From Bacillota bacterium (GTDB lineage: Bacteria; Bacillota; JAAYKD01), in assembly GCA_036744005.1 (NCBI GenBank), contig DAINOJ010000011.1, positions 4,282-68,281 on the forward strand: 64,000 nt of DNA. The letters are read 5' to 3'. Below, piece by piece: positions 26,870 through 36,747 of the stretch. Position numbers and translations under genes: made by a program. The notes below the pieces were generated by a model. The model was not told where the DNA came from and made no database searches. It worked only from the letters and a program-made list of their open reading frames with translations. The first letter of the stretch is position 1. Each line of letters starts with the position of its first letter.

Positions 26870-27737
26870 ATATTTCTCTGAGTTCCTGCTGGGAGAGAAC
26901 CGCCATTTCCTTGCCTGTAAATGGATGCACAAGTGCTAAAGAATAGGATTGAAGTTGCTGTGTAGTCCTCCCTCGCGACCTGGAAAAGGCAATGGATTCT
27001 GGTGTCCCATATTGTTCATCTCCCACAATGGGGCACCCCAGGGCAACACAGTGTAATCTCAGTTGATGCGTTCTACCGGTTATGGCTAGTAACGAAACCA
27101 ATGAGCCCTTCTCTGTTTCTCTTAAAACCTTAAAGTCTGTTTGCGCCGCTTGCCCACTGGAATGTATTCTTCGTAAAATCGGATTGCCTTCCACCAAAGC
27201 AATGGGTAAAGCAATGGTTCCTTCTTTCACCTTTGGATGCCCATATACCCATGCTCGGTAGGTTTTCACGACCTGGTGCTCTTGCATTTGCTGCATGATT
27301 TTTGCATGTGTGATCGCATCTTTTGCGACAATAACCACTCCAAAGGTATCTCTGTCCAGCCGGTTCACCATGTGAATTCCGGCTTGAATGTGTTGCTGCA
27401 AGTAATACCCTGCCACATAGTTCGCAACTGTGCCTTCGATTCTGGCCTTGGTAGGGTGCATCGTTATTCCGCTGGGTTTATCGATGAAGAGGAGCTTGTC
27501 ATCTTCATATAAAATACGTAAAACCCCATTTTCGGGTAGTATATTGTGATCTTGTTCCAGCTCATGCAACGTGATGACGTCATTACAAAGAATAGGTTGG
27601 TAAGCGGTTGCTACTTCCCCGTTTACGGTCACTGCTTTGGATTTCATGAGTTTCTGCGTCGCACGGGCTGAAAGCGACAGCTCTTCTCGCAAAAAAGAAA
27701 TCAATTTCCCAGAGCGCTGTGCGGTAATGGTTTTCAA
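26868..27737 (-). CDS. RluA-family 23S rRNA/tRNA pseudouridine synthase (S4 + PseudoU_synth_2)
   Basis: HQLRLHCVALGCPIVGDEQYG C-terminal motif and catalytic-Asp region (GVVIVAKD). Confidence 0.8.
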   Translation of the reverse strand: MKTITAQRSGKLISFLREELSLSARATQKLMKSKAVTVNGEVATAYQPILCNDVITLHELEQDHNILPENGVLRILYEDDKLLFIDKPSGITMHPTKARIEGTVANYVAGYYLQQHIQAGIHMVNRLDRDTFGVVIVAKDAITHAKIMQQMQEHQVVKTYRAWVYGHPKVKEGTIALPIALVEGNPILRRIHSSGQAAQTDFKVLRETEKGSLVSLLAITGRTHQLRLHCVALGCPIVGDEQYGTPESIAFSRSRGRTTQQLQSYSLALVHPFTGKEMAVLSQQELREI

Positions 27738-28900
27738 CGAACCTCCACCTCACTTTTGCTCATTGGTTTCTGCTTATTGGCTTTATTCAAATACAATAAC
27801 TCATCCACTCGTTTTTGAAACTCATTGACTGTCCAATTTTGCTTCGGATCGTATTGAATGCTGCCAATGCTAAAAGTAAGAATTTGGTCGAGCCCCGATT
27901 CTCTGTTATATGCCTCCATGGCCCTCCGCAATTGGAGTATCACTTCACTCAAGTCGGTCTGGTTTTCGATATTCACAATAACATAAAATTCATCCCCACC
28001 ATAGCGGGCTAAATGCGAGTTCTTGCCTAATGATCTTTGCAAAACTTTTGTAATTTCCTGTAATACACGGTCTCCAGTATCGTGACCATAGGTATCATTG
28101 ACGTTTTTGAAGTTATCTAAATCCAGCAGAATGACCGAGAATACACTTCTCTCACTACTCGCTGTAATTTTCATTTTGATATAGTAATCGAGCCATTTAC
28201 GGTTATAAATACCTGTTAAATAATCGGTGTATATACTTTGGTTTTGAATGCTTAACAGTATAATAAGCAATGAAATCACAATGGCATTGAGCATGAGAGA
28301 GTAGCCATAGAATAGGTATTGCAATAGTATACTTGCCAAAGGAGGTACGGCAAAAAAAAGCAAGGAGTAATAATGCCTAGAATCGAGTAAACGACGATTC
28401 TTAATAATCATCGCAAAGGCAAAGAGCACTTGCCCTAATGAATACATCAGTGAGATGATATAGAACGGTCCTCTATGATAAATATTGGCACCATCTATAT
28501 GATAAAACCAACCGGTTTTTAAGTTGATGACCACCAGGATGAAATTGGACATGCAAAATAATACCAGAGGACGCACGATTTTCTGTGTCGCTTTTTCATC
28601 ATGGAAAATATTCAGATGCGCATACAGGATCCAAATACTGGCGATAGTGGGTTGAATGGCAAACATCACGAAGTTACCTAGATGATTGAAGACGGAATAA
28701 TAGGTTCCTGGGTTTCCATCAAAACGAGCAATGGTATCAAGAGTAAGCAAAACGATGGTCACACGCATGAGGTTCATGAACAAGGAGAACTGCAGGGTGC
28801 GTTTCTCAGGAGAACGATTGGTATAGTAAAGCATGACGATAAGCAAAAGAACAGAGTACATATTGATGACTCCGTTTGCTAGTAAAGTCATGGCTCTCAT
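27734..28900 (-). CDS. membrane-anchored GGDEF diguanylate cyclase (N-terminal multi-TM sensor)
   Basis: About 7 N-terminal TMs, then a GGDEF domain with intact RYGGDEF. Confidence 0.8.
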   Translation of the reverse strand: MRAMTLLANGVINMYSVLLLIVMLYYTNRSPEKRTLQFSLFMNLMRVTIVLLTLDTIARFDGNPGTYYSVFNHLGNFVMFAIQPTIASIWILYAHLNIFHDEKATQKIVRPLVLFCMSNFILVVINLKTGWFYHIDGANIYHRGPFYIISLMYSLGQVLFAFAMIIKNRRLLDSRHYYSLLFFAVPPLASILLQYLFYGYSLMLNAIVISLLIILLSIQNQSIYTDYLTGIYNRKWLDYYIKMKITASSERSVFSVILLDLDNFKNVNDTYGHDTGDRVLQEITKVLQRSLGKNSHLARYGGDEFYVIVNIENQTDLSEVILQLRRAMEAYNRESGLDQILTFSIGSIQYDPKQNWTVNEFQKRVDELLYLNKANKQKPMSKSEVEVR

Positions 28901-28978
28901 TCCTCTCGTCTAAACGATATTGTATTATAACAAAATTTAATGTCCACGACAAGGAGCACAACACAGAAACGCAACTTT

Positions 28979-30310
28979 TTATCTGATTCGTCGATACAAA
29001 TATCCTTTGGCTTCGAGTCCCTTTTTATATTGAAGGAGTGTATCCAATAGTGGGACTAGCAGGGCTGCCACAAATCCTCCGGAAAACCCATTGTTGTACA
29101 AATTCATTCCGGCATGCAGAACCCCAATATTGACAACCAGAAAAACATGAATCATACCTGCTACAACGCCTGCTATGGGACCATAGACCTGGGCAATGGG
29201 TGCTAAGGTGGTTCCAAACAAAGCAGCAAGCACTATACCGACAGAAGATACTTCGTGCAAACTGAACATACCCGCCAAAAATACCCCAAGCATCACAGGC
29301 AGAACATTTCTAACATGCTTTCCGTATGCTCCAAAGCCCGTCATAGTAAATATGCCACCCAAAACCGGTCCGTTTAGTTCCCCCTGCACCAATCTGACGT
29401 AAGCCAACCCCGTCACTCCCATGATTGCCATGTTCATCAACGTCATGGGCAATCCATATGAGAACACATAATCCCTGTTCTCAAGGTTGCGATCCCTGAG
29501 TAACTCAAGAAAACCAGAGAACCGAAACCCGTTCCAACCCCATCCCAATAAAAAGAAAGCGACAAAGAGTAACGCCAGTACAAACGTTAAGGGAGCATTG
29601 TTACCCGAGGAAACCAAGGAAACCGGAGCAATGTAGATACCAAATCCGCGCAAAATAGCAATCATAAACATTCCGATTAACCCAGCCGCAAAACCAATAT
29701 TGTATAAGCTCAATCCTTTATGAAAACTTTTCACGTGTTCTGCCAGAGGAGGTAAAATAAGACCGATGAATACCCCCGCTAATAATCCTAAGGAGTGTCC
29801 CAGCCAAGGAACCAACCCCAAATTAAACGAGATTTCGGATACCACCGGACCTAATGCCGTACCAAACATGGCTGGTAACACATACTTGGTAAACTCCACC
29901 TTCATCAGCAGAGTGAACAAATACACTCCCAATATAATGGGTACGGAGTTATATAGATTCTTGCCAAATAACGAGAAGCCGGCAATCGTAAAAACCGCCG
30001 CTAAATGTCCACCATTCACCGGTACTTTGAGCAACCACAAAATGACAATGCTTTTTAAAACCATGAACCCGGCATTCCAGAAGGCAGCACCTATGTTGGC
30101 TATGTAAAAATAATCGGTCAACAGATTCGCCGGAGAGGTAAGAATGATAGTACTTCCTTGCACAATCTCGCTAATCGGATTGAAAAACAGCCCGGACAAG
30201 AAAAAGAAAACGGCAAGTAAGAGTAAGACGACATAACCTTTGCTACGAATACGAACCACCCTTTCCAACGACTTGCTGTCTTCGTTTATCTTCTGTATTC
30301 TTCTTTGCAA
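28979..30310 (-). CDS. large polytopic membrane protein of unknown function
   Basis: 443 aa with more than 10 predicted TMs. 25-nt overlap with the upstream GGDEF gene. Confidence 0.55.
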   Translation of the reverse strand: MQRRIQKINEDSKSLERVVRIRSKGYVVLLLLAVFFFLSGLFFNPISEIVQGSTIILTSPANLLTDYFYIANIGAAFWNAGFMVLKSIVILWLLKVPVNGGHLAAVFTIAGFSLFGKNLYNSVPIILGVYLFTLLMKVEFTKYVLPAMFGTALGPVVSEISFNLGLVPWLGHSLGLLAGVFIGLILPPLAEHVKSFHKGLSLYNIGFAAGLIGMFMIAILRGFGIYIAPVSLVSSGNNAPLTFVLALLFVAFFLLGWGWNGFRFSGFLELLRDRNLENRDYVFSYGLPMTLMNMAIMGVTGLAYVRLVQGELNGPVLGGIFTMTGFGAYGKHVRNVLPVMLGVFLAGMFSLHEVSSVGIVLAALFGTTLAPIAQVYGPIAGVVAGMIHVFLVVNIGVLHAGMNLYNNGFSGGFVAALLVPLLDTLLQYKKGLEAKGYLYRRIR

Positions 30311-31338
30311 AACACACTAAACGTGTTCTTCCCTTTTTGTTTGGCTTGGTACATCGCATAATCGGCATATTCAATCAGGTCATATATGTTATCCGTATCC
30401 TTTTGGTATATCGCCATACCCACACTGCAGCGAAAGGTTTCTGTGACTCCGTTTAAGGAGATGGCATCGTACAATACAGTCTCTTGGATGGCAAACCAAA
30501 CTTTCAGCAAATCTTGCTCTAAAACCCGAGTATAACCGTGTAAGTATAAACCAAACTCATCCCCTGCAATTCGTATACAGATCTTTTCTTCAAAAGGCAA
30601 GTGGAGGAGTCGTCGGGCAAATTCCTTTAGGTAGTTGTCTCCGGCTTGATGTCCATAGGTATCGTTGATTCTCTTGAAATTGTCTAAATCCAAGAAAACG
30701 AAGATCCCATGCGCTTTCGGTTTTGAACGGATGATGTAGTCGATCTCTTCTCGATACTGATATCTGCTAACCAATCCGGTGAGAGCATCCTTGACCAATC
30801 GATTATTAAGGTCTAAGTTCAGTTGTTTGAGCTGAGAGTTGGCCTTCTTGAGTTGGCGTTGCATATTGGTCATCTCGTTATTTAGTTTTTGTATTTGTTC
30901 GAATTGCTCGCGAATCATTTTGTTGTCTTCATACACAATTTGATCATTCGTCATGCTGATGACTTTCATAAAGCGATGAATGAATTCCATCATATCTGAG
31001 AAGACACCATCTTCAGAATTTACAGGAATTTCGTATCCAAACACCAAAACCGTGTTGCCCTTTGCAATGAAACATAGAGAAATCTCTACAGGGACTCCAG
31101 TCAGTTGAAAGTCATAATTACAGGTTATGGCTTCACGAGTCTTAAGTGTTTGATGTAGAGAATCCAATAACCTTTCCGCATCCTGAGGATTGAATAATTC
31201 GGTCAATTTTTTTTGATATGGCGAGAACAGGAAGATCGGTTGATTCCAGTACGTATGAAGAATCGTAAATTCTTCATCACATTGAATCAGAAACGAAGTA
31301 TTCACTTTCATTTGACCGCTCTCCTTTCTAAGCATCAT
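30286..31338 (-). CDS. cytoplasmic sensor-GGDEF protein (N-terminal PAS-like domain, coiled coil, GGDEF domain with AGDEF variant)
   Basis: GGDEF-domain core (LDLDNFKRINDTYGHQAGD). The signature motif reads RIAGDEF. Confidence 0.75.
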   Translation of the reverse strand: MMLRKESGQMKVNTSFLIQCDEEFTILHTYWNQPIFLFSPYQKKLTELFNPQDAERLLDSLHQTLKTREAITCNYDFQLTGVPVEISLCFIAKGNTVLVFGYEIPVNSEDGVFSDMMEFIHRFMKVISMTNDQIVYEDNKMIREQFEQIQKLNNEMTNMQRQLKKANSQLKQLNLDLNNRLVKDALTGLVSRYQYREEIDYIIRSKPKAHGIFVFLDLDNFKRINDTYGHQAGDNYLKEFARRLLHLPFEEKICIRIAGDEFGLYLHGYTRVLEQDLLKVWFAIQETVLYDAISLNGVTETFRCSVGMAIYQKDTDNIYDLIEYADYAMYQAKQKGKNTFSVFCKEEYRR

Positions 31339-32409
31339 CTAAATTGTTTTCTCCGCCCACTTTGCCAATTCGGACGCCGTCTCTGCGTAAAAATCAACAG
31401 GCCATTTCTTCCATAACTGATTGGTATGCCGAAAGGCTTGACCCCCCACCGCGATTCGCAAGTGTGGATGTTGTTTTTTGATTTCCACTACAACCTGCTC
31501 GCAAATCGATAGGTAGGGTGGCATCGTGACCGACAACGCCACTAAATCTGGTTTGTTTTCTTCTATGGCGTTCAGGATTGCTTTTATAGGTAATGCTGCT
31601 CCTAAATAAACCGTATCCCACCCTTGAAACTCAAAAATATCGGAAAGCATTCGGATGCCCAATTCGTGCAATTCACTACCAATGGCACACGATAATAAGG
31701 TCTTGTTTTTTCTCGGGCTTTCAAAGATTTCATCGTAAAAACTGGATAAAACACTTTGAGTAACGGAGGTAGCATAATGCTCTCGGTCTAACGTAATATA
31801 ATTACTATGCCATAGATGACCAATCTCATACATCACTTTTGTCAGGATTTCTTCATAAACTTGCATCATACTAACGCCTTGTTCTTTTGCTTGACGTATG
31901 ACTTGTTGCGCTTTTTTTGTTTGACCAGTTAGCAAGGCATCTAAGTATGCTTTCCGTATATCAAAGAACTCTCCTTCAATAAAGCTCGAGCTCAAAGGTA
32001 CTTCCGTTATGGCTTTCTGAGTGACTTTTATGGCCCTGCTCAAAAAATCTTGTATCAAAACAAGTTCCTCTGGTTTTAAGTAACCACTGGCTTTTTGGTT
32101 GAATACTTCTGCCAGTATTCGATAATGATCATTCATTTGTTGCATTATACGATTTCGGTCTATATCTCTCATCACGTTACATAGAAGTTCATAGATCCAT
32201 TTTGCATATCCTTCAAAAATCTGAGCATCATTAAAATAAACGGCGGTCATCAGAAAACTGATGTTATAGACCACATCATCATACATGAGTTTCTTTCGAC
32301 GCTCATCCATTTCTTCGTTCAACTTCGGATCGCGCTTGAACTGCTCTTCGAAAACAAGTTGAGCAATCTCAATCCATTTTGGATCATTGTAATTCATGAG
32401 CAAACTCAT
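31339..32409 (-). CDS. cobalamin (B12)-binding domain protein, CarH/LitR-type light-sensing module with N-terminal helical domain, no DNA-binding domain
   Basis: W200-x9-E210-H211 (WHSNYITLDREH) in a helical bundle. Rossmann B12-binding domain with (E)xHxxG (ELHELG, residues 246-251) and a GG motif (VGGQAF). The stop is immediately adjacent to the downstream GGDEF start. Confidence 0.65.
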   Translation of the reverse strand: MSLLMNYNDPKWIEIAQLVFEEQFKRDPKLNEEMDERRKKLMYDDVVYNISFLMTAVYFNDAQIFEGYAKWIYELLCNVMRDIDRNRIMQQMNDHYRILAEVFNQKASGYLKPEELVLIQDFLSRAIKVTQKAITEVPLSSSFIEGEFFDIRKAYLDALLTGQTKKAQQVIRQAKEQGVSMMQVYEEILTKVMYEIGHLWHSNYITLDREHYATSVTQSVLSSFYDEIFESPRKNKTLLSCAIGSELHELGIRMLSDIFEFQGWDTVYLGAALPIKAILNAIEENKPDLVALSVTMPPYLSICEQVVVEIKKQHPHLRIAVGGQAFRHTNQLWKKWPVDFYAETASELAKWAEKTI

Positions 32410-32420
32410 GTGCCTTCCCC

Positions 32421-33260
32421 CTAATACTCAATTTTCTGAATCAAAAATCTCCCTGTCTTCAAATCGGTAAAGGCCTTTTGTAGCTCTTCTTTTGTATTCA
32501 TTACGATGGGTCCACCCCAAGATATGGGTTCATTCAATGCTTCGGAACTGACAAACAGAACCTGAGAGTAGCGGTCCGCTGCTTGTATCACAATTTCATC
32601 TCCTGCAGAGACGTGAACGGCGGTTTTTTCAGAAACAAAAACTCCCCCCACGGTGACATCACCCAAAAGGGTAAACAATAAAACCGATTTGTCTTTCGGT
32701 GTCTGAATGACTTTGGAAACTCCGGGGTTTAAGTGGATATCATAGTAATCTAAGGGGAGATACAAGCTTTGGTAGCCCTGAATCCCTTCATACGTTCCGG
32801 CAAGAAGACGAATTTTTCCACCCTCGAAGAGGATTTCCTGGATTTCGTCATTCTTAATACTATGATACGCCGGATTGCACATTTTGTCTTTGGCCGGTAA
32901 ATTCAACCACAGCTGCACACCTAACATGCGTTCCGATGCGGGGAGCTTTTCTTCGTGCAATATGCCAGATCCTGCCGTCATCCATTGTACCTCACCATCG
33001 GATATGGTATCTTCGTTGCCCAAACTATCTTTATGCGTCATCTTACCCCGGTAGATATAACTCACCGTTTCGATTCCGCGATGTGGATGCATAGGGAAAC
33101 CGGCAATATAATCGTCTGGATTCACACTATCGAAGGAGTCTAGCATGAGAATGGGATCAAAATCCTTCACTGTGTTATGTCCAAGCACCCTTACTAAACT
33201 CACACCCGCTCCGTCGGAAGTGCGAAATCCGCGAACTTGCTTTTCTACTTGTCGTTGCAT
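32421..33260 (-). CDS. pirin-family cupin protein
   Basis: Bicupin with the HPHRG metal-site motif (FPMHPHRGIETV). Confidence 0.8.
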   Translation of the reverse strand: MQRQVEKQVRGFRTSDGAGVSLVRVLGHNTVKDFDPILMLDSFDSVNPDDYIAGFPMHPHRGIETVSYIYRGKMTHKDSLGNEDTISDGEVQWMTAGSGILHEEKLPASERMLGVQLWLNLPAKDKMCNPAYHSIKNDEIQEILFEGGKIRLLAGTYEGIQGYQSLYLPLDYYDIHLNPGVSKVIQTPKDKSVLLFTLLGDVTVGGVFVSEKTAVHVSAGDEIVIQAADRYSQVLFVSSEALNEPISWGGPIVMNTKEELQKAFTDLKTGRFLIQKIEY

Positions 33261-33274
33261 CGTGCTACACCTCC

Positions 33275-34087
33275 TTAGTTTTCTTTCTTCGCCATGTTCC
33301 CAGCAATGTCAGGGATATATTTTAGTTTCTGCATGGGTGGCCGAGTATATCCTTCGTCTTTTTGCTTTTCCGGCAAAATAAACTCAGCATGTGGGATATC
33401 TTCATAAGGGATTTGACTCAAAATATGGGAGATCACGTTAATGCGTGCATGCCTCTTGTTATCGGAGTCCACGACATACCATGGGGATTGCTCGGTATCG
33501 GTATATTGGAACATCACGTCTTTGGCACGGGAGTAATCTACCCAGCGAGCTCGTGCTTCTTTGTCCATTTCGCTGAGCTTCCATCGTTTGGCATCATCGT
33601 GGATTCGGTCTTGAAAGCGCTTCTCTTGTTCTTCATCGCTCACAGAAAACCAGTATTTGATCAGGATGATACCGGAGCGAATCAGGAGTTCCTCAAACCG
33701 GGGCACTGCTTTCAGGAAATCCCAATACTCTTCTTCGCTACAAAACCCCATGACTCTTTCCACACCGGCTCGGTTGTACCAACTTCGGTCAAATAAGACC
33801 ATTTCTCCGGCAGAGGGTAAATGGGCAGCATAGCGTTGAAAATACCATTGAGTTCGTTCTTTGTCGGTCGGTTTGGGGAGAGCGGCAATTCGGCATGTTC
33901 TTGGGTTCAAGTTTTTGACAATACGTTTGATTGCCCCACCTTTTCCGGCCGCATCGCGACCTTCGAATAAGATCACCACACGAAGGCCTTTGTGAACAAT
34001 CCAGTCTTGTAAATTGACCAATTCATTTTGCAGTTCCTCTAATGTATTCTTGTACGCTTTTTTTGAAAGTTTCGCCACTTCATACAT
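33275..34087 (-). CDS. polyphosphate kinase 2 (PPK2) family nucleotide phosphotransferase
   Basis: Walker A-like FEGRDAAGKGG, a lid, and the WYFQRY motif typical of PPK2. Confidence 0.85.
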   Translation of the reverse strand: MYEVAKLSKKAYKNTLEELQNELVNLQDWIVHKGLRVVILFEGRDAAGKGGAIKRIVKNLNPRTCRIAALPKPTDKERTQWYFQRYAAHLPSAGEMVLFDRSWYNRAGVERVMGFCSEEEYWDFLKAVPRFEELLIRSGIILIKYWFSVSDEEQEKRFQDRIHDDAKRWKLSEMDKEARARWVDYSRAKDVMFQYTDTEQSPWYVVDSDNKRHARINVISHILSQIPYEDIPHAEFILPEKQKDEGYTRPPMQKLKYIPDIAGNMAKKEN

Positions 34088-34102
34088 CTCCCCTTTCCGA
34101 TT

Positions 34103-34597
34103 CTATTTTGATTCTTTGTTAGCTCGCACGAATTCTATCGCTTCTTTCCCGGTCATATGCTCAATATCCAGAGCAATAAGGTAGGTTTGTTGGCAGTCCA
34201 ACGCTGCTTTCTCTTTGGCTTCTAAAGGTTGATCTGCAGAATATTTCTCCACTAGGGCACGTAATGCTTCTACGTGTTCTTCCCCTTCTGCAATTCTGGC
34301 TCTGCCAAAGGCAATCACGCTTCGAAAATAGGACGTATACTCCGCACTGACAATGGTATCTTCATCAATGACAGCAAACGAAACTTTGCTGTTCTTTTGT
34401 ATGGCATCGATTTTGTGTCCTTGCTTGGCAGAATGAAAGTAGATTCTACCCATATGATATACAAAACTCATGGGTACCGCATACGGATAATCCATATCCC
34501 CTATGCACGCCAAAACCCCATTGGTTGCTCGACATAACACCTTCTCTGTGTCCATGTGGTTTAATAATTGCTTGTTTCTTCTCATTTCACGAAACAT
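34103..34597 (-). CDS. pyridoxamine 5'-phosphate oxidase-like FMN-binding split-barrel protein
   Basis: Start at ATG 34597 (TAAGGAGG ribosome-binding site). PNPOx-like fold signature in the N-terminal half. Confidence 0.65.
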   Translation of the reverse strand: MFREMRRNKQLLNHMDTEKVLCRATNGVLACIGDMDYPYAVPMSFVYHMGRIYFHSAKQGHKIDAIQKNSKVSFAVIDEDTIVSAEYTSYFRSVIAFGRARIAEGEEHVEALRALVEKYSADQPLEAKEKAALDCQQTYLIALDIEHMTGKEAIEFVRANKESK

Positions 34598-34608
34598 GGA
34601 AATCCTCC

Positions 34609-35019
34609 TTAGTGATGGTTGCCGGTCATATAGCACCATGTGGCGATCTCTGCGATGAGCTCAAACGGCACCGGTTCCGAATACTGAAATTGAATGGCCC
34701 CTTTACTGGTTTTATAAGGTTTGAGTTGTTCGGCAAATTGCTCAATCGCTTCCGAGCCCGGATACAACCCCATATGATTCTTGAAGGCAGCAAAATGAAT
34801 GATGTTTTGTTTTTTTCGGAAGGTAGGCATGCTCCATGATATTTTTTCCTCAGCACCCGGCAATACAGAACGGATGGTCTCGCGAACCTTTTGCAACAAC
34901 GGTCGAATCGTATCGGGTTGAGCCAAGATATATGCCTCCACGGTTTTAGGGGATTCTTCGCAAAAATGGTCTTGATTGTTATGTTTGAATTCTCTTTTAC
35001 ACTTTGGGCATTGCCACAT
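34609..35019 (-). CDS. DUF1801 (YdhG/YdeI-like) domain protein with N-terminal CxxC...C zinc-ribbon-like start
   Basis: 136 aa. MWQCPKCKREF..HFC N-terminus followed by a DUF1801-like region. Confidence 0.5.
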   Translation of the reverse strand: MWQCPKCKREFKHNNQDHFCEESPKTVEAYILAQPDTIRPLLQKVRETIRSVLPGAEEKISWSMPTFRKKQNIIHFAAFKNHMGLYPGSEAIEQFAEQLKPYKTSKGAIQFQYSEPVPFELIAEIATWCYMTGNHH

Positions 35020-35035
35020 GGGATACCCTCCTTTA

Positions 35036-35587
35036 CTAGATTTTCAATACACCTCTGAAACCTCGGGAAGAATAATACGATTCCGCACCGTTGTGATACA
35101 CGAAAACCGTATCATACCGACGGTCACAGAAGAGTGCACCGCCCATCTCTCGTATCTTCTGAGGTGTTTGTACCCAGCTGGACGTTTTCGTGTCAAAGGG
35201 TTCTATCTCTTGCAATCCACGATAATGTGTTTCGTTCAAAAGCTCAACACCCATTTCTGCTGCCATATCGACCACATTCCCCACTGGCTTATTCTCTTTC
35301 CGTGCATCTAAAGCGATGCGATCGTAGCAGAGACTTCTTCTTCCTTTTGGGGATTCCGCAGAACAATCACAGTAAATGAGTTCATCGTTCTGTTGGTCAT
35401 AAAAGACCACATCGGGTTCTCCGCCCGTCTCTTCCATGCGTTGGAGTGTTCTAAGGTTGTTCTCTCTTCTTTCAATACGAGCCAGTACAAAGGACCAAGA
35501 TAGTTCCGGATGACGGTGCTTGTTCTTTTCAAATCGGTTTTTCAAGATTTCGAGCAGAGTTCCATAGTCTTGTAGCGACATGTCCAT
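35036..35587 (-). CDS. hypothetical protein (DUF4256-like)
   Basis: Start at ATG 35587 (AAAGGAGAG ribosome-binding site). Assignment is recollection-based. Confidence 0.45.
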   Translation of the reverse strand: MDMSLQDYGTLLEILKNRFEKNKHRHPELSWSFVLARIERRENNLRTLQRMEETGGEPDVVFYDQQNDELIYCDCSAESPKGRRSLCYDRIALDARKENKPVGNVVDMAAEMGVELLNETHYRGLQEIEPFDTKTSSWVQTPQKIREMGGALFCDRRYDTVFVYHNGAESYYSSRGFRGVLKI

Positions 35588-35594
35588 CTCTCCT

Positions 35595-36725
35595 TTAAAA
35601 ATCAAACTTCAGCATGGGTGGTTGATAGCGTATCGGTAAGGTTTCTTCTTCTAGAAAATGGAAATTCTCATCGTTTAAAACGGGCAAAAAGGAAGAAAAG
35701 GGGAAACTCTCAAACTCACAAGCATAATCGCTCGCACCAAACCACTTGCCTTCTTTGTTGCTCAAGTTTAACCCTCTCGCAAATTTTGTGTCGTTCGAGC
35801 AGTCGTGAACCACGATACCCCATTGTTCACGCCCAGCCACAGCCATGAGTTGTAAGCTGAGCTCCCGGCTCCAAATAGGGGAAATATAACCATGCCTGGA
35901 AATATACATATTCTCTCCCGAGTAGTTATCGATGTTATTCTCGTTCAAATGCAATTCTGCGCAATTCATAAAATCGAGTTGAGTTTGGAGAATGAGTTCT
36001 TTCTTCGCTAAGAAGGCTTGGAAAAACTCAGGCGTCATCGGCGTCTCTATGCCAACAAACGGAATATATTTTTTTGCCGTTTTCATGTTCTCAATCACGA
36101 AATCAGCAGTATTGGAAGCGCCTAAGTTAAAGCGAAGTTCATTCAGCCCCGCTTCCGCCAACGCTTTCAAATTTTCTTCGGTGGCTAGAGTGCCATTGGT
36201 ATACATATGCTGATGAATCCCGGCATTCTTAAAGTGACGAATCACCGGGTAATATTTTTCGATTTCCATGAATGGTTCTAAATAAACATAGGAAATGCCT
36301 GTCGGTTTTTGGTGTATCGACAACAGCAATTCTAAATCTCGCTCATAGAATTTGCTGCCACCAATCTCCCATAGACCTTCACCTACAGGCGACATCGCAT
36401 CGATTTCACCATAATTATAACAAAATTTGCAATTCAAATTGCAAGTATGTGTTTTACGTACAGCGCTAAGACCACTTCCCAAAAGACACGACTTACAGCC
36501 CTGGGGGAAGTGATCGTCTGGTCCAACATACAGCGTTCTATTATGTAAGGACTTTAACCCGGGTATCTGCTTCTTGAGTTTCTCCTGCCGGTCGAAAACG
36601 GTGGCTTCGATTTGAGCAAAGGTAGCAAAGATGATTTCTTCGTGTAATGGGGTAATTTCCTCTTCTTCGCTCATTTGCGCAAAGTGGTCGAACCAGATTA
36701 AGGCATCTTGTTTTGAGATTTTCAC
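35595..36725 (-). CDS. radical SAM enzyme of unknown specificity
   Basis: CNLNCKFCYN (Cx3Cx2C) cluster motif at about residue 95. No SPASM or twitch cysteines at the C-terminus. Confidence 0.75.
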   Translation of the reverse strand: MKISKQDALIWFDHFAQMSEEEEITPLHEEIIFATFAQIEATVFDRQEKLKKQIPGLKSLHNRTLYVGPDDHFPQGCKSCLLGSGLSAVRKTHTCNLNCKFCYNYGEIDAMSPVGEGLWEIGGSKFYERDLELLLSIHQKPTGISYVYLEPFMEIEKYYPVIRHFKNAGIHQHMYTNGTLATEENLKALAEAGLNELRFNLGASNTADFVIENMKTAKKYIPFVGIETPMTPEFFQAFLAKKELILQTQLDFMNCAELHLNENNIDNYSGENMYISRHGYISPIWSRELSLQLMAVAGREQWGIVVHDCSNDTKFARGLNLSNKEGKWFGASDYACEFESFPFSSFLPVLNDENFHFLEEETLPIRYQPPMLKFDF

Positions 36726-36747
36726 AGTGTCTCCTTTACGGGCTTGC

